A stretch of DNA of 64,000 bases from Hydrolagus colliei (Eukaryota): NCBI GenBank assembly GCA_035084275.1, contig CM068757.1, positions 2,666,001-2,730,000 of the forward strand. The letters run 5' to 3'. The notes beneath the pieces are model-generated. The model searched no databases, was not told where the DNA came from, and was given only the letters and a program-made list of their open reading frames with translations. A program made the position numbers and the translations under genes. Positions 24,754-38,568 of this stretch are shown here, in pieces (within the stretch, counting starts at the first letter, position 1; the number at the start of each line of letters is the position of its first letter).

Positions 24754-27354
24754 CTCATTCTGTACGCATTCACACAATCTACATTTGCACTACGCCAAGT
24801 CGGAATCTGAGAACATCATTGTTCCAGTAAGCAATTAGTTTAGCAAATATCACAAAGAGCTGAACGCAAATTAAATTATACCCTTGGTTCTTTGGCTGTT
24901 GTCTTTAAAACATGACTGCAATTTAATCTGAAGACATCAAGACATCTGAAAATCTTGTTTGGAATTAACTAGCAAACAACAATGGGATAAATGCTGAAGC
25001 AATGGGTCAATCTCTGTAAAGTTGCTGTTTTATGCTCTGCAGTTACTGATGAATAGCAGGATATGTTTGGCATTTGTTGGAAACGGAATGCTTTGTTTGC
25101 TGTTCTTAGAAGCTGCGTCTTGGATGACATAGTTTTAGATAGAGGATCCAGTTGAGACGTCAGTGAAACTGTAGGGTGAACCAATTAGCCCTTTCAGATC
25201 AGATTTACAAATGTCCACGATTCCCACAGTAAACATTAGCCGCGATATTATACCATGCTCCATTGCCTGGTGAATTGTTTCATTTGTGTGAAAAGCGGTG
25301 TCCTGCAATAGAACACACTGGTATGTACAGTGCACACAAAAAAAGGGATACATTATGCCGAGCCAGGAAATTATATTGTTAGATTCTCAACAACTTCATT
25401 CTGTAAATAGGATTGCACATGGGATCCAGTGGGTTCGTACACCTAACCATTCAAATGGCAATTAAGTCACTCATGTGTCAAGCAGTTGGGTTCACTTGTA
25501 TGAACATGGGATTACATCAGTACCCTCGAGATGTCCCATCTGCCCAGTCCAGTCCTAGTTTTATTTTGGAAAAAAAACCAGAGGCTATGAGATGAAACCA
25601 TTCTCTTCACGGTTGAGATTTCCTGTAAAACTGTATATTCAGTAGCTTTGAATCATAAGACGTTGAGAATATTAATCAGGATGTCAAATGATGATTTTGA
25701 GCGAACAGCGTTGCCTCTTCGGGCCTTCTGCAAACCTTTTAAAAAGGATGCAGACAGCGCTACAGCTGAGAGTAGAAACCTGGAAGTCTGTTTCGTTGAT
25801 TGGTTAAGTTTTACAGGCATTGTGCTGTGTGCCAAAGATTGAGGATCTTAATGGGGGGTTGATGGCTCCCCCCCCATGCAAGGATGAATCTGTTTTTTGT
25901 ACATAACCAAACTAGCTGGCACAGAGATATATCACTAACTCCCGTGTCTGCCATCTATCAATGGGTGTCGGCCACTGTGCAAATCATTCCAGTGAACTCC
26001 AGCTGGGTTTTCCAGACATGTTGTATGTCTTTCCAGGTCACATTCAACTGTTCTGATGCTTTGTATGCATTTTTTTTTGCAAAAGTCTTTTTATAGAAGG
26101 AACCTAACAACGGTATGATATTTAATATTTTGCAGGTATCAGGGATACTCCGCTCTTTCAATTGAATATTTTTTGCTGTCACTATTGATGTTTTGATTTA
26201 TTATGATATTAAGCTGGAAATACCCAAGGGTTGAACAATACATGTGTTAATTAGCATTGTATTTGAATGCAATTTACCTTCAAATGCTTGGAACTGTGGG
26301 TGGTTCAGATTGATATAAAAAATATATTAATGATCACAACGGGACTATCCCTTTCTAACCAAGTAACGCTCTTGATGCCAATAATATGACAGCCTGTAAT
26401 CAGATGGGATGCTGATGTGAATGCTTCTTCACAATCTTAAATAACACAGTCACAAACCTCAAAATGACATTCAAAGATGGTCGGTAAAGGTATTTTTTAT
26501 TTATGAAACATATCATAGGGTGTAATAGATTTGTCTTAATCCTTTGTTAGTGTACCATAAATACCAATGGTACAAGTTCCTATTAGTACACTCCCAAGTC
26601 CAATTGAGGAATTATACATTATACAACATAATTTTACAGATTTTGTTGACAGCAATGCTGTGGGAACTTGTGAAACTTTTTCTCTGCTCTGGGAATGTGA
26701 TTTGGTTCAATATTTAACTTTCATCTTTTACCCTTAAACTGAATAACTCCAGGGTTGCCAATTAGTGATTGCAAATTGTCCTTTTCACTTTTGTTCAGTG
26801 ATTGTTGGGCTATTTGCCGTCAGGGCTCCACATCTTGGAATGGCTTCGACATTGAGTGCTTTGACGTCAGGCACTGTGGGAGTTAGATGGATGGCAACGT
26901 TTCTGATTTACTGCTACACTCTCAGAAAATAAATTACAGCCACAAGCATCGGTAAAGCCAGAGCAGTGAACTCTGCCTTTCATAGCTATAAGTTTTGTGC
27001 ACATCTGTCCAATTCTGGAACAGTCCTGCAGGTGTGATCATATTCAGCAAATCTTTCATCTAAGTCAGCATGTGCATGTGTTTTGTTGGACGAAATTTCC
27101 AATTTTGGAAGAAGTCCATGACAGAATTTGATCCGTGTACACAGGGCCAATATCCACGCAATAATTAAACCCTGCACCCAACAACAATTTGCATTTATAT
27201 ATCGCCCACCACAGAGTAGTGGAGGGAATTAAACATGAGTGAGAATCTTGAAGTCGATGTGCTCTGTGACAGGGAGCTAGAGCAGTTTGGCAAATTTGGC
27301 ATCCAGCAAGTGTTTGTGATATTGAGCTATAAATGGGAGTTCAAAGACCTGACA

Positions 27355-27422
27355 AAGGGCTTGAACCCACAAACTTCAGACCCAGAGATGGGAGTGCTAT
27401 CAACTGAGCCAGGCAGACACCT
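27355..27422 (-). mobile_element. tRNA-derived head of an old SacSINE1-like SINE
   Basis: Reverse complement ggtgtctgcctggctcagttgatagcactcccatctctgggtctgaagtttgtgggttcaagccc contains A and B boxes. Confidence 0.7.
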
Positions 27423-29810
27423 GTTTAAGAATATATGCGAGTCATTGCCTGATAGCTCAAGTGATTCCCACTGTACTTCCAACTCCAATTTTGGCAACAA
27501 AGGCATTTACAGTGTCAACCCACTTACTGTTTGGCTATCTTGGAAAATGGCTATTTATTTAAACAGCTGCTCACGTCACATTGTGCACGCATTGATTTTT
27601 AACCAAAATACAGCTAATCATTTCTTAATACACTTATGCCCAAGGTTGTGTTATTGTAGAAAGAAGTGAGCGTCTGTTTTTACGTCTTGGCTACAACGTT
27701 GTCACTAAATACCCCACTGGCAAAATATTTGTAGATTTACAGCAGTAAACGGATTACTGCTCAAGGAACGGAGAAATTGGGAGAAAGAAAATAAGCAAAG
27801 AAAAAGAAATGCAACAATAACATTCAAAGGGGTGGGAGGAACGAACAAACGCAGATTCTGGTGTAAAAATGAAGGAATGAAAGAAAAAACAGGTAGTCAA
27901 GAAACAAGGCTTAAATTATGGCAATTAGTTTTGATCTAAGCATCTCTCTGCCCTGTGTGTTTTTTTAAAAAAAAATGCAGTTTTCACTTTGTATACTCAT
28001 ACATGTATAGAATATATATCCATACGTAAATCATGTGGATAATCGCACATTGATTTTTCTGGTGGGTGTGATGTGGAGTTCTGCTGCAATCTCTTCCCTT
28101 TGCTCAAGGCATTCTAAGCAAGTGGAGAATCGGACCATGCTCTACATTTAGGTCAAGGTCTTCAATGTTGAGCACCGCAATTCTAGGCTGCTGCCAATGT
28201 AAATCATTAATAGCAGCATCACTGGAGAGCTCTAGAGGTTTGAATTTCCACAGTAAAAAAAAATCTTTGTTACGGTTCATTCTCAATATCCTCCCCAGTG
28301 CAATTATATTCCTGGTAACAAACACAATTTGAAGAAGGAATAAATGTAGCTCCTTAAAATATTATTATAATTATTTGGCTCCTATGGATTTCTGAACAAG
28401 TGCGTGTGGATTACACTGTTGAGTGCACATCACCTGTTTTAATAAGGGTTTAAAATACGTCAAAGTCTTAACCTTTATCTAGTGAAACAAGTTGTTTACC
28501 TGTACCACTAGGCACAATCTAGTGTTTCTGCATTACTGAGTGTTGTAAAATAATGAATTGATGCACCTTGTAAGTTTTAATGAAAATATAAATAGTTGCA
28601 CCTTGAATTTAAATCCAGCTCTCTTTTGTGAGAGAGCATGGTGAGGTTTTAGCTCCCACTAAGTGTTGTGCACTATTCAATTTTCTTTCGGTGTGTTGCG
28701 TAAATGCTTCTTTAAAAGTTGCATTATGTTGTGATGAATGAAGTGCCTATCCATCTGGGTCACAAGAAATCAAAAAGAGCGTATCATGGAATCATAATCA
28801 TTTATGGCACTGAAAGAGGACTTTTTTTTTACTCTTGTTCAAACATTTGGGGGATTTAACAGGTGAGAGAAAGAATGAAACTGGTGTCCTGATGGTTGTC
28901 AAACTTGCTCGCAATCTGAATGATCTAGAGGTATCTGAAAGGGTAAGTGAACTTTCTGCTTCCACAGACGTGACTGATCCTTAACTCTATTGATCACCTA
29001 TTATTGAGGCTCAGTTTTACCCAGCTGAGATAGGCCCTACCCTTTTTCTTCCACCCTCATGATTGGAGACTCCATTCCCATCTGGTATCCAGAAGAATTT
29101 ACTTACAGTTCCTAACCGGTTAATCAATGTCCACTTTTTTGGCGCATTTATCCTTATCTGTGTTAGTCCTGTTCAGAATATACCCAACAGGAGAAATTTC
29201 TTCCATCTCTCGCTGTACTTATCAGCCTCTCGCCTGCCTGTTATTCATTCAGTGAGGCAGAGCATTCTCTCGCTTGCTCTCTGCCTGATCACAAGTGGGA
29301 CGCTGATGAAATTCCATTAAATATTATCAAGAAATGTACAATTGTCACATTGAGAAAAGCCACATTGCAGGTGCATTGCAGGGCTCTGTGGTGACCGTTT
29401 AAATCCCAGCAGGGCCAGATGTTGCACTATCTTGCCAAATGCATTTGATGAGTTTTATCAGTGGTGTACCAGGCCACTGGAACAGCGGTAACACCCAGGG
29501 AGAAAGACTGACATCCTGCCTAATAGAAGTGTGTGAGTTGCCAAATGATTTCTAAAAATGTCCACGACAGTGTGCTCGCTTTCCGATGAAGTTGTTTTTG
29601 TTAACCCCCACCAAATTCCAAGGTGGTGGTGATCAGGAAAATATCAGTGACTCAATTTACTTTGACATTGAGGGAATTGTCTCAGCTAGACTACAGAGAA
29701 GGCCTTGCAAGTTTGATTTGAGACAATCCGAACATTTACTCATCTCACGTCTGCTAAGATGAAGACTGCTTGAACCAACTTGAATTAACCTGCAGAGAAG
29801 AGTCTGACTT

Positions 29811-30047
29811 CAACAACGACACCAACAAAATTATATTTGTGTAGTGCCTTTCACGTCCGGAGGACGTCCCAATGCCGCTGGACAATCAGTGTTTCAGACC
29901 CGAGCTTGGGGCTGGGGAGGGTAGAGTGCAGGGGTGGATGGAGGTGATTGAAGGCATGGTCGAAGAGGAAGTCTTGAGATGGGTTTTGAATGAGGCAAGG
30001 GAGGGGGCAAGGCGGAGGGACTGCGGGATGGGGTTCCAGAGGGTAGT
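29811..30047 (-). mobile_element. L2 LINE 3' end
   Basis: (AAC)-type tail and stem-loop gcctttcacgtccggaggacgtcccaa. The minus strand reads ...LFDHAF, typical of the L2 ORF2 C-terminus. Confidence 0.85.
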
Positions 30048-30125
30048 TTGTCAAATTTAATTATAATTTCTCGCAGATCAAAGAGTAGAATGCAACTACT
30101 CTATTAACAAGTTCTTAAGTTAAAT

Positions 30126-30402
30126 AGTAATAATTTCATTTGATATAGCACTTTTCATGTCTTCTAGATGTCTCAAAGTACTTCACAAAATATTAATTGT
30201 ATATGTGGGCGAAATGCGCAGCCAATTATGCACAGCAGTGTCCCATAAACAGTCACGGATTAAAATGACCTATTTATTATTGGGGTTTTTTGAGGGATTA
30301 TTATCAGGTGTGTGGAGTAAGGAAACTTACCCAATTTAGAATTGTAGCCAGGTCTCTCGCATGCAAGGCAAGTGCTCTAACTATTGAGCTACAGTGCTCC
30401 GA
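30126..30402 (-). mobile_element. Young Deu SINE with internal deletions and a possible GTTAAAT target-site duplication
   Basis: Tail, Deu core and head (gtgctctaactattgagctacagtgctcc) are all present. gttaaat occurs at 30119-30125 and 30404-30410. Confidence 0.88.
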
Positions 30403-31496
30403 GGTTAAATGAGATTCTCTTAACTTATTATGTCCCTTTCAGGCTACATTGAAAATAATATTTCATTATTCCAAGGAGCTTCAGGCTTCCTTGCTGAAAA
30501 GTGGAATGGAATAACTTACTGAGGAAATACCAATCCATGAGAATAGAATATAGATTCATCTTGTAAGCGTAAGATGGAAGACTCCATCACTATTCTATTC
30601 TATCTGAACATATTTCCATTCTGAATAGGTGAGAAAGGTATTTCTTAGCATTTAAATAGCCCCCGGCAAAAATTATATATCTTACAGTTACAATATTGCT
30701 TGGTGTGTTACAGTGGAGTCTAATATGAGGTGATCTCTAACGGGATTCCTTTAATAAGGAAGCTGCAAGACGTAAGAATTTTGCTCTGACGCAATCCATT
30801 TCCAGAGCCGAGTTGCCGTGAACTTCTGAGCACTACACGTGGGTTCCACCTTGGCTCCTGAACCAAGGAATCTTGTTAGAAATTGTTACATGTTGGACAC
30901 CATGGAACGAATTTTGAATAAGAGAAGAATTCTTGCCATTCTATCCCTCTTCTGTCTTTTTTAGATTTGTTTTGAAGCAAAAGTCCCACTACGACCACTG
31001 TTGGTGTGGTCTTTGCAGGGTTAAACTAATTTGGTGGATAAATTAAAAATGTTCAGCCCCTCATTAAACGAGAAGTGGCATGTTGAAAAGGCAATTACTT
31101 TCGAGTGTAAGGTATCCCGCAATTAGGTCCACTTTGTCATTGTAATTAATTTAGGAAAATACTGCACAACCTTCATTGACCTAGAGAAAGCAAAGCCTTA
31201 GAGAATCACTATTTTTATTAAATGTATATTTTTATTAAATATGTTGCCTATGATTTTTGAATTCTAGCATATTTATGCTGTGAGGTTTGTTCAATGGGGG
31301 GATTTTAATGTAGTCCTGCAATTAGGAGTCGGAGGGCTAAATTAGTGGCAGTCTCACCTATGAGAAGGGCGCTGCATCAATGCAGGAACGTGTAGCTGTT
31401 AAATTTGAATGCGAAATTGTTCCACGGTTTAAGATGAGGTGGCACTTCAGGTATTTGTACCTGTTTTTCATACAACAGGCACTTACTTTCCAGGAA

Positions 31497-31621
31497 TGTG
31501 TTTTGCCCACAATAAAACATACACAGTCAATTCCCTTGATACTCTTGTGAAGCGCTTTGAGAAGTCTCAACAACATGATAAGGTGCTATATCAATCGAAA
31601 GATTATTATTATTATTATTAT
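31497..31621 (+). mobile_element. 5'-truncated young Deu SINE
   Basis: cagtcaattc...gtgaagcgctttgaga...gctatatcaatcgaaag followed by (ATT)n. Confidence 0.8.
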
Positions 31622-32784
31622 CACATTCCTGTCTCATGAAACCACTCCAGAAACTGTAAACTGCAGGGGAGTATTGGTTCACGTCGCACGTAATAACAAC
31701 TGGATGGAGTAGAAATCTTCCCAGGGCTAGAATCTGACCTGTGAAGAATTTGTCACAAATTAAATTGAATTGGTTCAGCTTCTCCCTTGAGGGGGACACT
31801 TGCTCTTTTCAGGAAGGACAAGATATCCAACATTTTTCTGTGCATTTATTCTCAGCGAACCTTAAAACATATTGTGTGTTTGTCCTCCTCCCATCCCTAA
31901 CCAACCACTTTGTACCTCACCTTCAGCTTATAAGCAGCGGCGACAGGTTATAGGACTTTGGAAGATTCTCAGTTTAGCTTTCTAAAATGATGCCTTTCCT
32001 GTGCGATTAGACATTTATATGTGGGCACGAGGTACTCCCTACCTCATACCATGAAGATAAATGGCTAAGTTACTTCTATGCCATCCATTAAAACAGCTAG
32101 TTGAGCCCATCCAATGAGTAATTCTGAACCCGGTATGAGGATCTTTCACACAACGTGCTTCCTATTTAAAATAAAAAATTAAGCTACCCTCCACCAGTTT
32201 CTGTGCTTTGGCATGGAACATAGTTTTTTTTTAGGACTTGGACACGGTGTGCATCCTGTTCGTTGCACAAATCCATGGCCTTGCTACACTTCAGCGGTTG
32301 TTCTGAACATAGCTGGCAGAGGGGAATGAAAGAAGCTTCATTGGCATCTAAGATGGATTGACTTCTATAAAAAGGGACATGCTGTTATTCCTATACTTCA
32401 TTTCCTTTTCTGCCAGTTCTGGTCCCTCCCGTGTCTTCCCTGGCTGAGGGATCAGGTGAACAAACTATTCGCCAGAAACTATTCTCTACTCAACCGGAAA
32501 GCGATGGCCCAAGAGTGCTGCGGTTGAATGCGCCCTCGCGATTTACAAGGTTAACTCCACACAGACTTGTGTGCAGTGGGGGGAAAATGCCGCATGCTGA
32601 ATTACAAGAGTGGGAATCTGCCTTCTGTTAGGCTCAACACACCTGCTCCTCTGTATAATCCAGTCAACATGTGATTGTTTGTGGCCCGTGTTCTCTAGTA
32701 CTGTACCTTTCCCTCTCCTTTTAATACCTAGTGGCTGGTCGAATGAATGAGTTGATAGAATCGTGTAGGTTGGTTTGATCAGGA

Positions 32785-32893
32785 AATCACACAAATATAC
32801 AAGTCAATTCACTTCGCAGTATATTCTGTGAAGCGCTTTGAGATGCCTAAAAGACGTGAAAAGAGCTATATCAAATGAAAGGATTCTTATTAT
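32785..32893 (+). mobile_element. 5'-truncated young Deu SINE
   Basis: gtcaattcacttcgcagtatattctgtgaagcgctttgag...gctatatcaaatgaaaggattcttatt. Confidence 0.85.
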
Positions 32894-32974
32894 AAATTGG
32901 CCAACAATTGACAATACAAATTGTTACTGTTTTGACTAACCTATTCTGTCGATTTCCAAAGTTGTCATTTTGAA

Positions 32975-33138
32975 AAGGTACTACCTGGGATGGTACTTTT
33001 TAACTCATGCGAAGGAAAGTACTCGATCTCTAACAATGCACCCCAGCATTGCACTGAAGTGTCAACCTGGACTTTGAGCTCACATTCCTAAAGTAGTGCT
33101 TCTGACTTGGGGACGAGAGTGTTGCCAACCAAACCAGG
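32975..33138 (-). mobile_element. 5' part of an old SacSINE1-like SINE
   Basis: aatgcaccccagcattgcactgaagtgtcaacctggact...cttctgacttggggacgagagtgttgccaac. Confidence 0.55.
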
Positions 33139-33508
33139 TTTTTGACAAGGTGTGATGATAATGAGCAATCCCATTACTACACATCATCAAAGCACACAAC
33201 TTGCACTAACACAGAAAGATTGCTGAGTTCTTAGATGTAATCACTTAGTTGCTGTCATTTTGTCTGACAAATAGCTTTGGGCTACACAAAACTAGTTGCT
33301 GTATTAGCTTTTTATAGGGAGGGTAGATTTCTTTGCCTGGGAATGCGTCTATCTACTCACTGGATCAAATTTATCTGAAAGTCAAGCTGTCATTTCATGT
33401 AAATGGGGTTATTATGAAGTTGCAACAAAATTGCACACATGAAAGGAAATGAAGGAAGATTGTTACAACACAGATACAGGCGTTGAGAAATTGAAATGCT
33501 CATAGTAT

Positions 33509-33544
33509 TGATGATGATGATGATGATGAATATGAATATGATGA
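33509..33544 (+). repeat. (GAT)n microsatellite
   Basis: tgatgatgatgatgatgatga followed by a degenerate extension. Confidence 0.85.
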
Positions 33545-34005
33545 CTGTTTGATCAGATATTTCTATACTGTAGAAATACTGATTATTCTATTAAATTCCT
33601 TTACATTCTGCAGTTGGTAAACAGTGATACGATTGTAGGGTTTAGAATTTAGAATCCTTCAAGATGCTTCTGAACCATATAAGACATAGAAGAACAAAAG
33701 ATTTGTCGCATAGTTACAATTGAAAATGTTGTTGTATTTGTATAAATCTATTTTCTCATTAGTGCAGCAGTAGACTGTGGCTTTTATTCTGATGGAAATG
33801 GCTCATTCTGCTTCCAGCAGTGAAGATTTAGAGCTGGAAATCTGATTTAGATTTAACGAATTATCATCTTTGATTTGGATTGACCGCAATAAAATTCCAG
33901 AGTTGCGTCTCAACTGATTACGATAATTCTATCCTCAAACCATTTCCTCCAACTGGTGAGGGGAGCAAGATTCAGAATTGAATTAAATCTAACCAATTTA
34001 TTGGT

Positions 34006-34205
34006 ATTATTAATAATAATAATAATACTTTTTACTTGACCTTGATCTAGTGCCTTATGTTGTGAAAATATCTCAAAGTGCAGGACAAGATTTATTGTAA
34101 GGTACAGTGATGCTTTTGTTGGCAGCAGATCTACAAACAGCAATGGCCCACAGACAGTCAAGAGGTGGGTGACCAATTTTAGCTGGAGGATTGTTGGCCA
34201 GGAAA
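34006..34205 (-). mobile_element. 3' half of an old Deu SINE with an (AAT)n tail
   Basis: (AAT)n...gtgccttatgttgtgaaaatatctcaaagtgc...cccacagacagtcaagaggtgggtgacc...gttggccagga. Confidence 0.5.
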
Positions 34206-35454
34206 AACAATGAAATGCCACGCAAATGGGGCATGATACTGTAGTATTTATGCATCCTGCTATGATGTGCCAGGGTTGCTGCTATATTTATGATATGACG
34301 GTAACTAATTCTATACCATTGGGACACTGATCCTTTGTGGGGCTGGAGTATTTGGTCCTTTTACTTGCTATTGAATTGCACATTCTTTGCACTTAATGTA
34401 AACAAAATATGTCTCGCAGAAATTTAGTTATTTTTATTACTAAATTCAGCTTGCTTCTACAAAACTGAAGAAGCAATATAGTTCATTCAGTAGCATGAGT
34501 TATGAATTTTATTGGCATAAACCTGGAGTTGCAATGAACAATCTGTTTTGGGCTGCTTATAGGAATTCGATGTCTATTTGTGCTACAGGCAAATTGGTCA
34601 TGTAATCATTCAATTTTTTTTAGAAAAACATAATTCTTTAAATGACATGCATATGAAACGGTTTGTGGATTTTTTTTTCCCCCAAACAAAACTAATTTCA
34701 GGGAATTTAATAATCGAATCTGACTGCCTGAAGGCTGTACAAAAATAACAAGCTTTTGCTTACAGGAGTCAAAGTGTATTTCATTGTAAAACCCTTGCCC
34801 TTGCTGCGTAAACATGAACATTATCCTCATGACAGCAAATGATGAGACCAACACTGTGACCCAGGTGACGTTTACCTACCTCTCTGTTTGCTCCCAGGTA
34901 ACAACAACTTGCATTTAAATTACAGATAAAGGACAAATGTATCCAGTTCTTGCCTCCATTGTGTGCAGCAGTGAATTTATTTATTGAGAGAATCATCCTT
35001 AAATGTACATTGGGGATAGAGCAAAATGAATGCCCCATACAGACCTGGAAAGGTTATACTTAATCTCCAACTTCAGTGGATTAGTTAATTTTAGGTGCAT
35101 TGGCAAGAAGAAATGATTATGCATTGTGTAGCGTTGTTTGTTAAGGATTATTTGAATGCGAGTTGATCAGAACATAGCAATCACCCGAGAAGCAATTTTG
35201 TGAGTCATTCCTGTATTCAATCAGCTGGGACAACAAAACTATACTTGTGATTCTTTTGTTGCTCTTTGCACGAGTCTTGTTGCTTTTGTTTCTCTTTGTC
35301 TGCGTCTTGTTCGCAAACCTTGCAATCAATGCAAAGATGGATTATCTAAACTCCATAAAATGTGTGTGTGTGTGTGTGAGAGAGAGAAAGAGTGCAAGCT
35401 CTCTCCATCCACAGCAATTACCTTGATAACTTCACCAAGGAATGCTCCATAAAA

Positions 35455-35526
35455 GCCCGTTCAGTGCCTTGGGATGTCCTCCTCATGTGAAAGGCGTTTT
35501 ACAAATGTAATTTTGTTGCTGTTGTT
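35455..35526 (+). mobile_element. L2 3' tail remnant
   Basis: gttcagtgccttgggatgtcctcctcatgtgaaaggcgttttacaaatgtaatttt followed by (GTT)n. Confidence 0.8.
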
Positions 35527-35739
35527 CAACTGCTTCAGAGCACCTACATATTTATCCCCCACACCTGCTCCTGTAACCTTCAATCTCATAATTTCTAAGC
35601 TTTTTTTCTAAACTAATTGGTGCATTAGCTGCTTTTGCTGTACTGTTTACATGTGCTTAAAAAGGCGTGAGTAGAAGGGAGAGATTTGAATTTGGTGTAT
35701 TGCTCGAGGCTCCTTAATTTAGTATTTATGCTGTTTGAT

Positions 35740-35950
35740 TGTGTGCTAAAAGTAGCCTCCTTGTTCCTATATTATCGATGCCCAAGCTTCGGGGTAATAT
35801 TCCAATTGTGTCTTCATGAATCATCTAAATAAGGGTATACAATAACATTTTGACCTACTCGCGTCCTTGAAATGAATCCTAGCACTTGGTTAGCTTTATT
35901 GAAAGGCACTATGCTGGATTTCACTCTATAAAACTGAATAATCTTTGCCC
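35740..35950 (-). mobile_element. Decayed CR1 ORF2 fragment
   Basis: The minus strand aataaagctaaccaagtgctaggattcatttcaagg reads NKANQVLGFISR, a conserved CR1 post-RT motif. Confidence 0.7.
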
Positions 35951-36564
35951 TCCGACTTGTGTTTCTATGGTTACCAAAATGTGTGCTTTTAGTTTAATGC
36001 ACCACCCAGACATTTTAGTTTGATACAAATTGAATGTGGTGCGGGAAACGTTATTTTAAAATTATACTTAAATTGTACAATGTGAAAGCTCCATTCTATC
36101 ATTTGTAATGTATGACTCTAATTCTCTGCTAGATCTCCTATCTTACATTTCATGTGCCTTGTATTGATCTAACACTATCTATATGCGGATGATGACTAAC
36201 ATAGGGGAATCAATGGACCAGAGATTACATATACTCAAACGAAAGCCATTACTTAGTGCTGGAGTGTAGATGACTGCTGAACTGAATTGGGCCATTTTTG
36301 ATTAATTAGTTGAATATCTGAATCTGATCCAATTTGGAACAATTTACGTCCAGATGTGATTGTCTCAGAGACACTGCTAATATTTGTGTGTGTGTGTGTA
36401 TGAATGTGTGAGAGTGCCTCAGTCACTTCGGTGTTTCACTGGCTTGAGTTCAGTAATTGTAGTGGGATTTATGAGAACTAATGCATGTCCAGTGGTGTTC
36501 AAGAAAGCAACTATCTTACCAGAAGTGTGCCAGCACATGGAATGCTTTGTCCCAAGTAATTACT

Positions 36565-36730
36565 GAGGCTTAGGACTGTAATGACAGTTTAAAAATCTTA
36601 AGAGGAGCAATGTAAAAGGGTATGGGAAGAGAACGGGGAATTGGGACCGTAATGATTGCAGATCTGGTGGAGGAGCTGGCTCAGGCACCAGAACTCAATG
36701 AGCTGAATGACCTTCTATGGTATAATTATA
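36565..36730 (+). mobile_element. CR1-type 3' UTR/tail
   Basis: aaagggtatgggaagagaacggggaattggg...gagctggctcaggcacc...atgagctgaatgaccttct resembles the recalled shark CR1 (HER1-type) 3' end. Confidence 0.6.
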
Positions 36731-38047
36731 GCACAGAAAGAGGCATAAGTACAGTTCTATGGTTATGTTCCATGGTTATTTATTTGCTCTTTCAAGGTCA
36801 TTTTTTTTCCTATGTGTTCTAAGAGGATATTATCTGCACAAAACTGTTTGACAGGTTTTTTTGGGGGGAGGAGAAGAGCCAGCATTGGGTTTTATTATTT
36901 GTGTGATTATGACATGCATTATACAGCAGTGTACATTGTGATTGCTTAAAGAAACTGGCACTTTGACTTGGAAGAACTCTGCCCAATGATCAGAGGCACC
37001 ACAGCCTTGCCAAGGGTTACAAAATTCAAACTACAGACACTATACTCGCCAGTAAATTCCTGTGGGACTCATTGAGATGTCCTGATTTGAAAGGCTCTAC
37101 ATCAAATGCAAATGTTATTACTATATGAACTGTAAGCCAGTGTAATTGTCCACCCCGAGATGAAAATCTCAAAATATTGCACTTTTGCAAATCCTGAACA
37201 AATGATTCAGTCCTTCAGAATGCTACAGTATAAAGTAACCTGGAGCTATGGATCAATTGAATGCACACCCTGTAACAACTTATCATTTGAAGATAACATC
37301 TATGTGTAATCGAAAGGCAGAATTAGTCAATATCATTTGGAGAGCAGTGGAAGGACAAAACAAGGCCAGACATTGACACCTTCAGATAAAAATAGGCCTT
37401 TGAGAGTGAAAGTTTGGGGGAGGAGAGGAGATCATACAGATAGGATCAAGCGCTTCACATTTATCCTGTTTGTTTCTTTGCTGTTTTAATGGATTATTAA
37501 GGCTAATCTATTTCTGTTAAAAACAATCTAATCGACTGAAGAGCTTCCTTGAAAACTACGTGTTAAAGAGGCACATTTGGTGTTAAGTTACAGTATTTAT
37601 TCAGACCAATCTCTGTGCTGTTGATAAAATAATGGTGCAAGATATTGTGTGACTCGCATACACTTGCTACAAAGAGACATTGTAGTGGAAGCACGGTAAT
37701 GCGATGACAGCGTTACACATTTTGGGGGATAATTTGAATATTCTTCAGTACTTAAACATTTTTGAATTAATTCTGCATGAACACAAAGTGCATACTGTAT
37801 TTTTTAAGAAAGATCAAATGTACAGTATGTTTTCCGTTTTGTTTATTGTTAGAGGATATACATATTTAAAGGAGGTTTCCTGCTTTGTATCTGAAAATCA
37901 CGTTGTTTTGAAAGTTCATCACCCTGAACAAAATGGAAAGTACTTAACTGAGATTGCACGATCACAGGATCTCTAAGAACAGTATAGGGTTTGTGTGCAT
38001 TTTTATTGTGGGAAAGGTAATGCAATTCCTCACAGCACACCTATTTT

Positions 38048-38087
38048 ATATATATATATATATATATATAGATATATACACATATAT
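38048..38087. repeat. (TA)n microsatellite
   Basis: Direct observation. Confidence 0.95.
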
Positions 38088-38532
38088 CTGAAAGGCTAAT
38101 GTATTTTTGTATATAATGTGAGTTTGCTGCTTGATTTATAATGCATGTAAATGGTGTCTTAAATTATTAAAGCCTCAACAGTTCCACTGCATCTTTTTGG
38201 TTGTCAGTGGATTTGCACCTTATTTTAGGAGAGGTCAAAGCATATTCATTGCCTGTCATGGATTCGGCGCAAAGTAAAATGCCAAAAATAACACATGGAA
38301 GAAAAGTGTGAACACATTTGAAAGGAAATTTTGTTCAGATCTGTAAGAATAATTTTATTTAGTCTCAAGGAAATTCTCTCAATTTGCAATTTTTTAAAAA
38401 AAAACTTTAACTAGAAAATCGAAGAATTCAGAATATATAAATAAAAAATGTAATTTAGCATCCTGGTTTGAAGGTTATACATCAACTATGGTGATTACTG
38501 AAACACTTCTGTCTGTTTGACACAGGGCCACC

Positions 38533-38568
38533 TAGATGCACTTTTGTAATAGTACAAAAGTGCATCTA
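38533..38568. repeat. Perfect inverted repeat, 16-bp arms and a 4-nt loop
   Basis: tagatgcacttttgta-ATAG-tacaaaagtgcatcta. Confidence 0.95.

Noticed and set aside
27235-27669. Longest ORF in the track (144 aa)
   Set aside because: It has no recognisable domain and crosses an antisense SINE head. Its length is compatible with chance.
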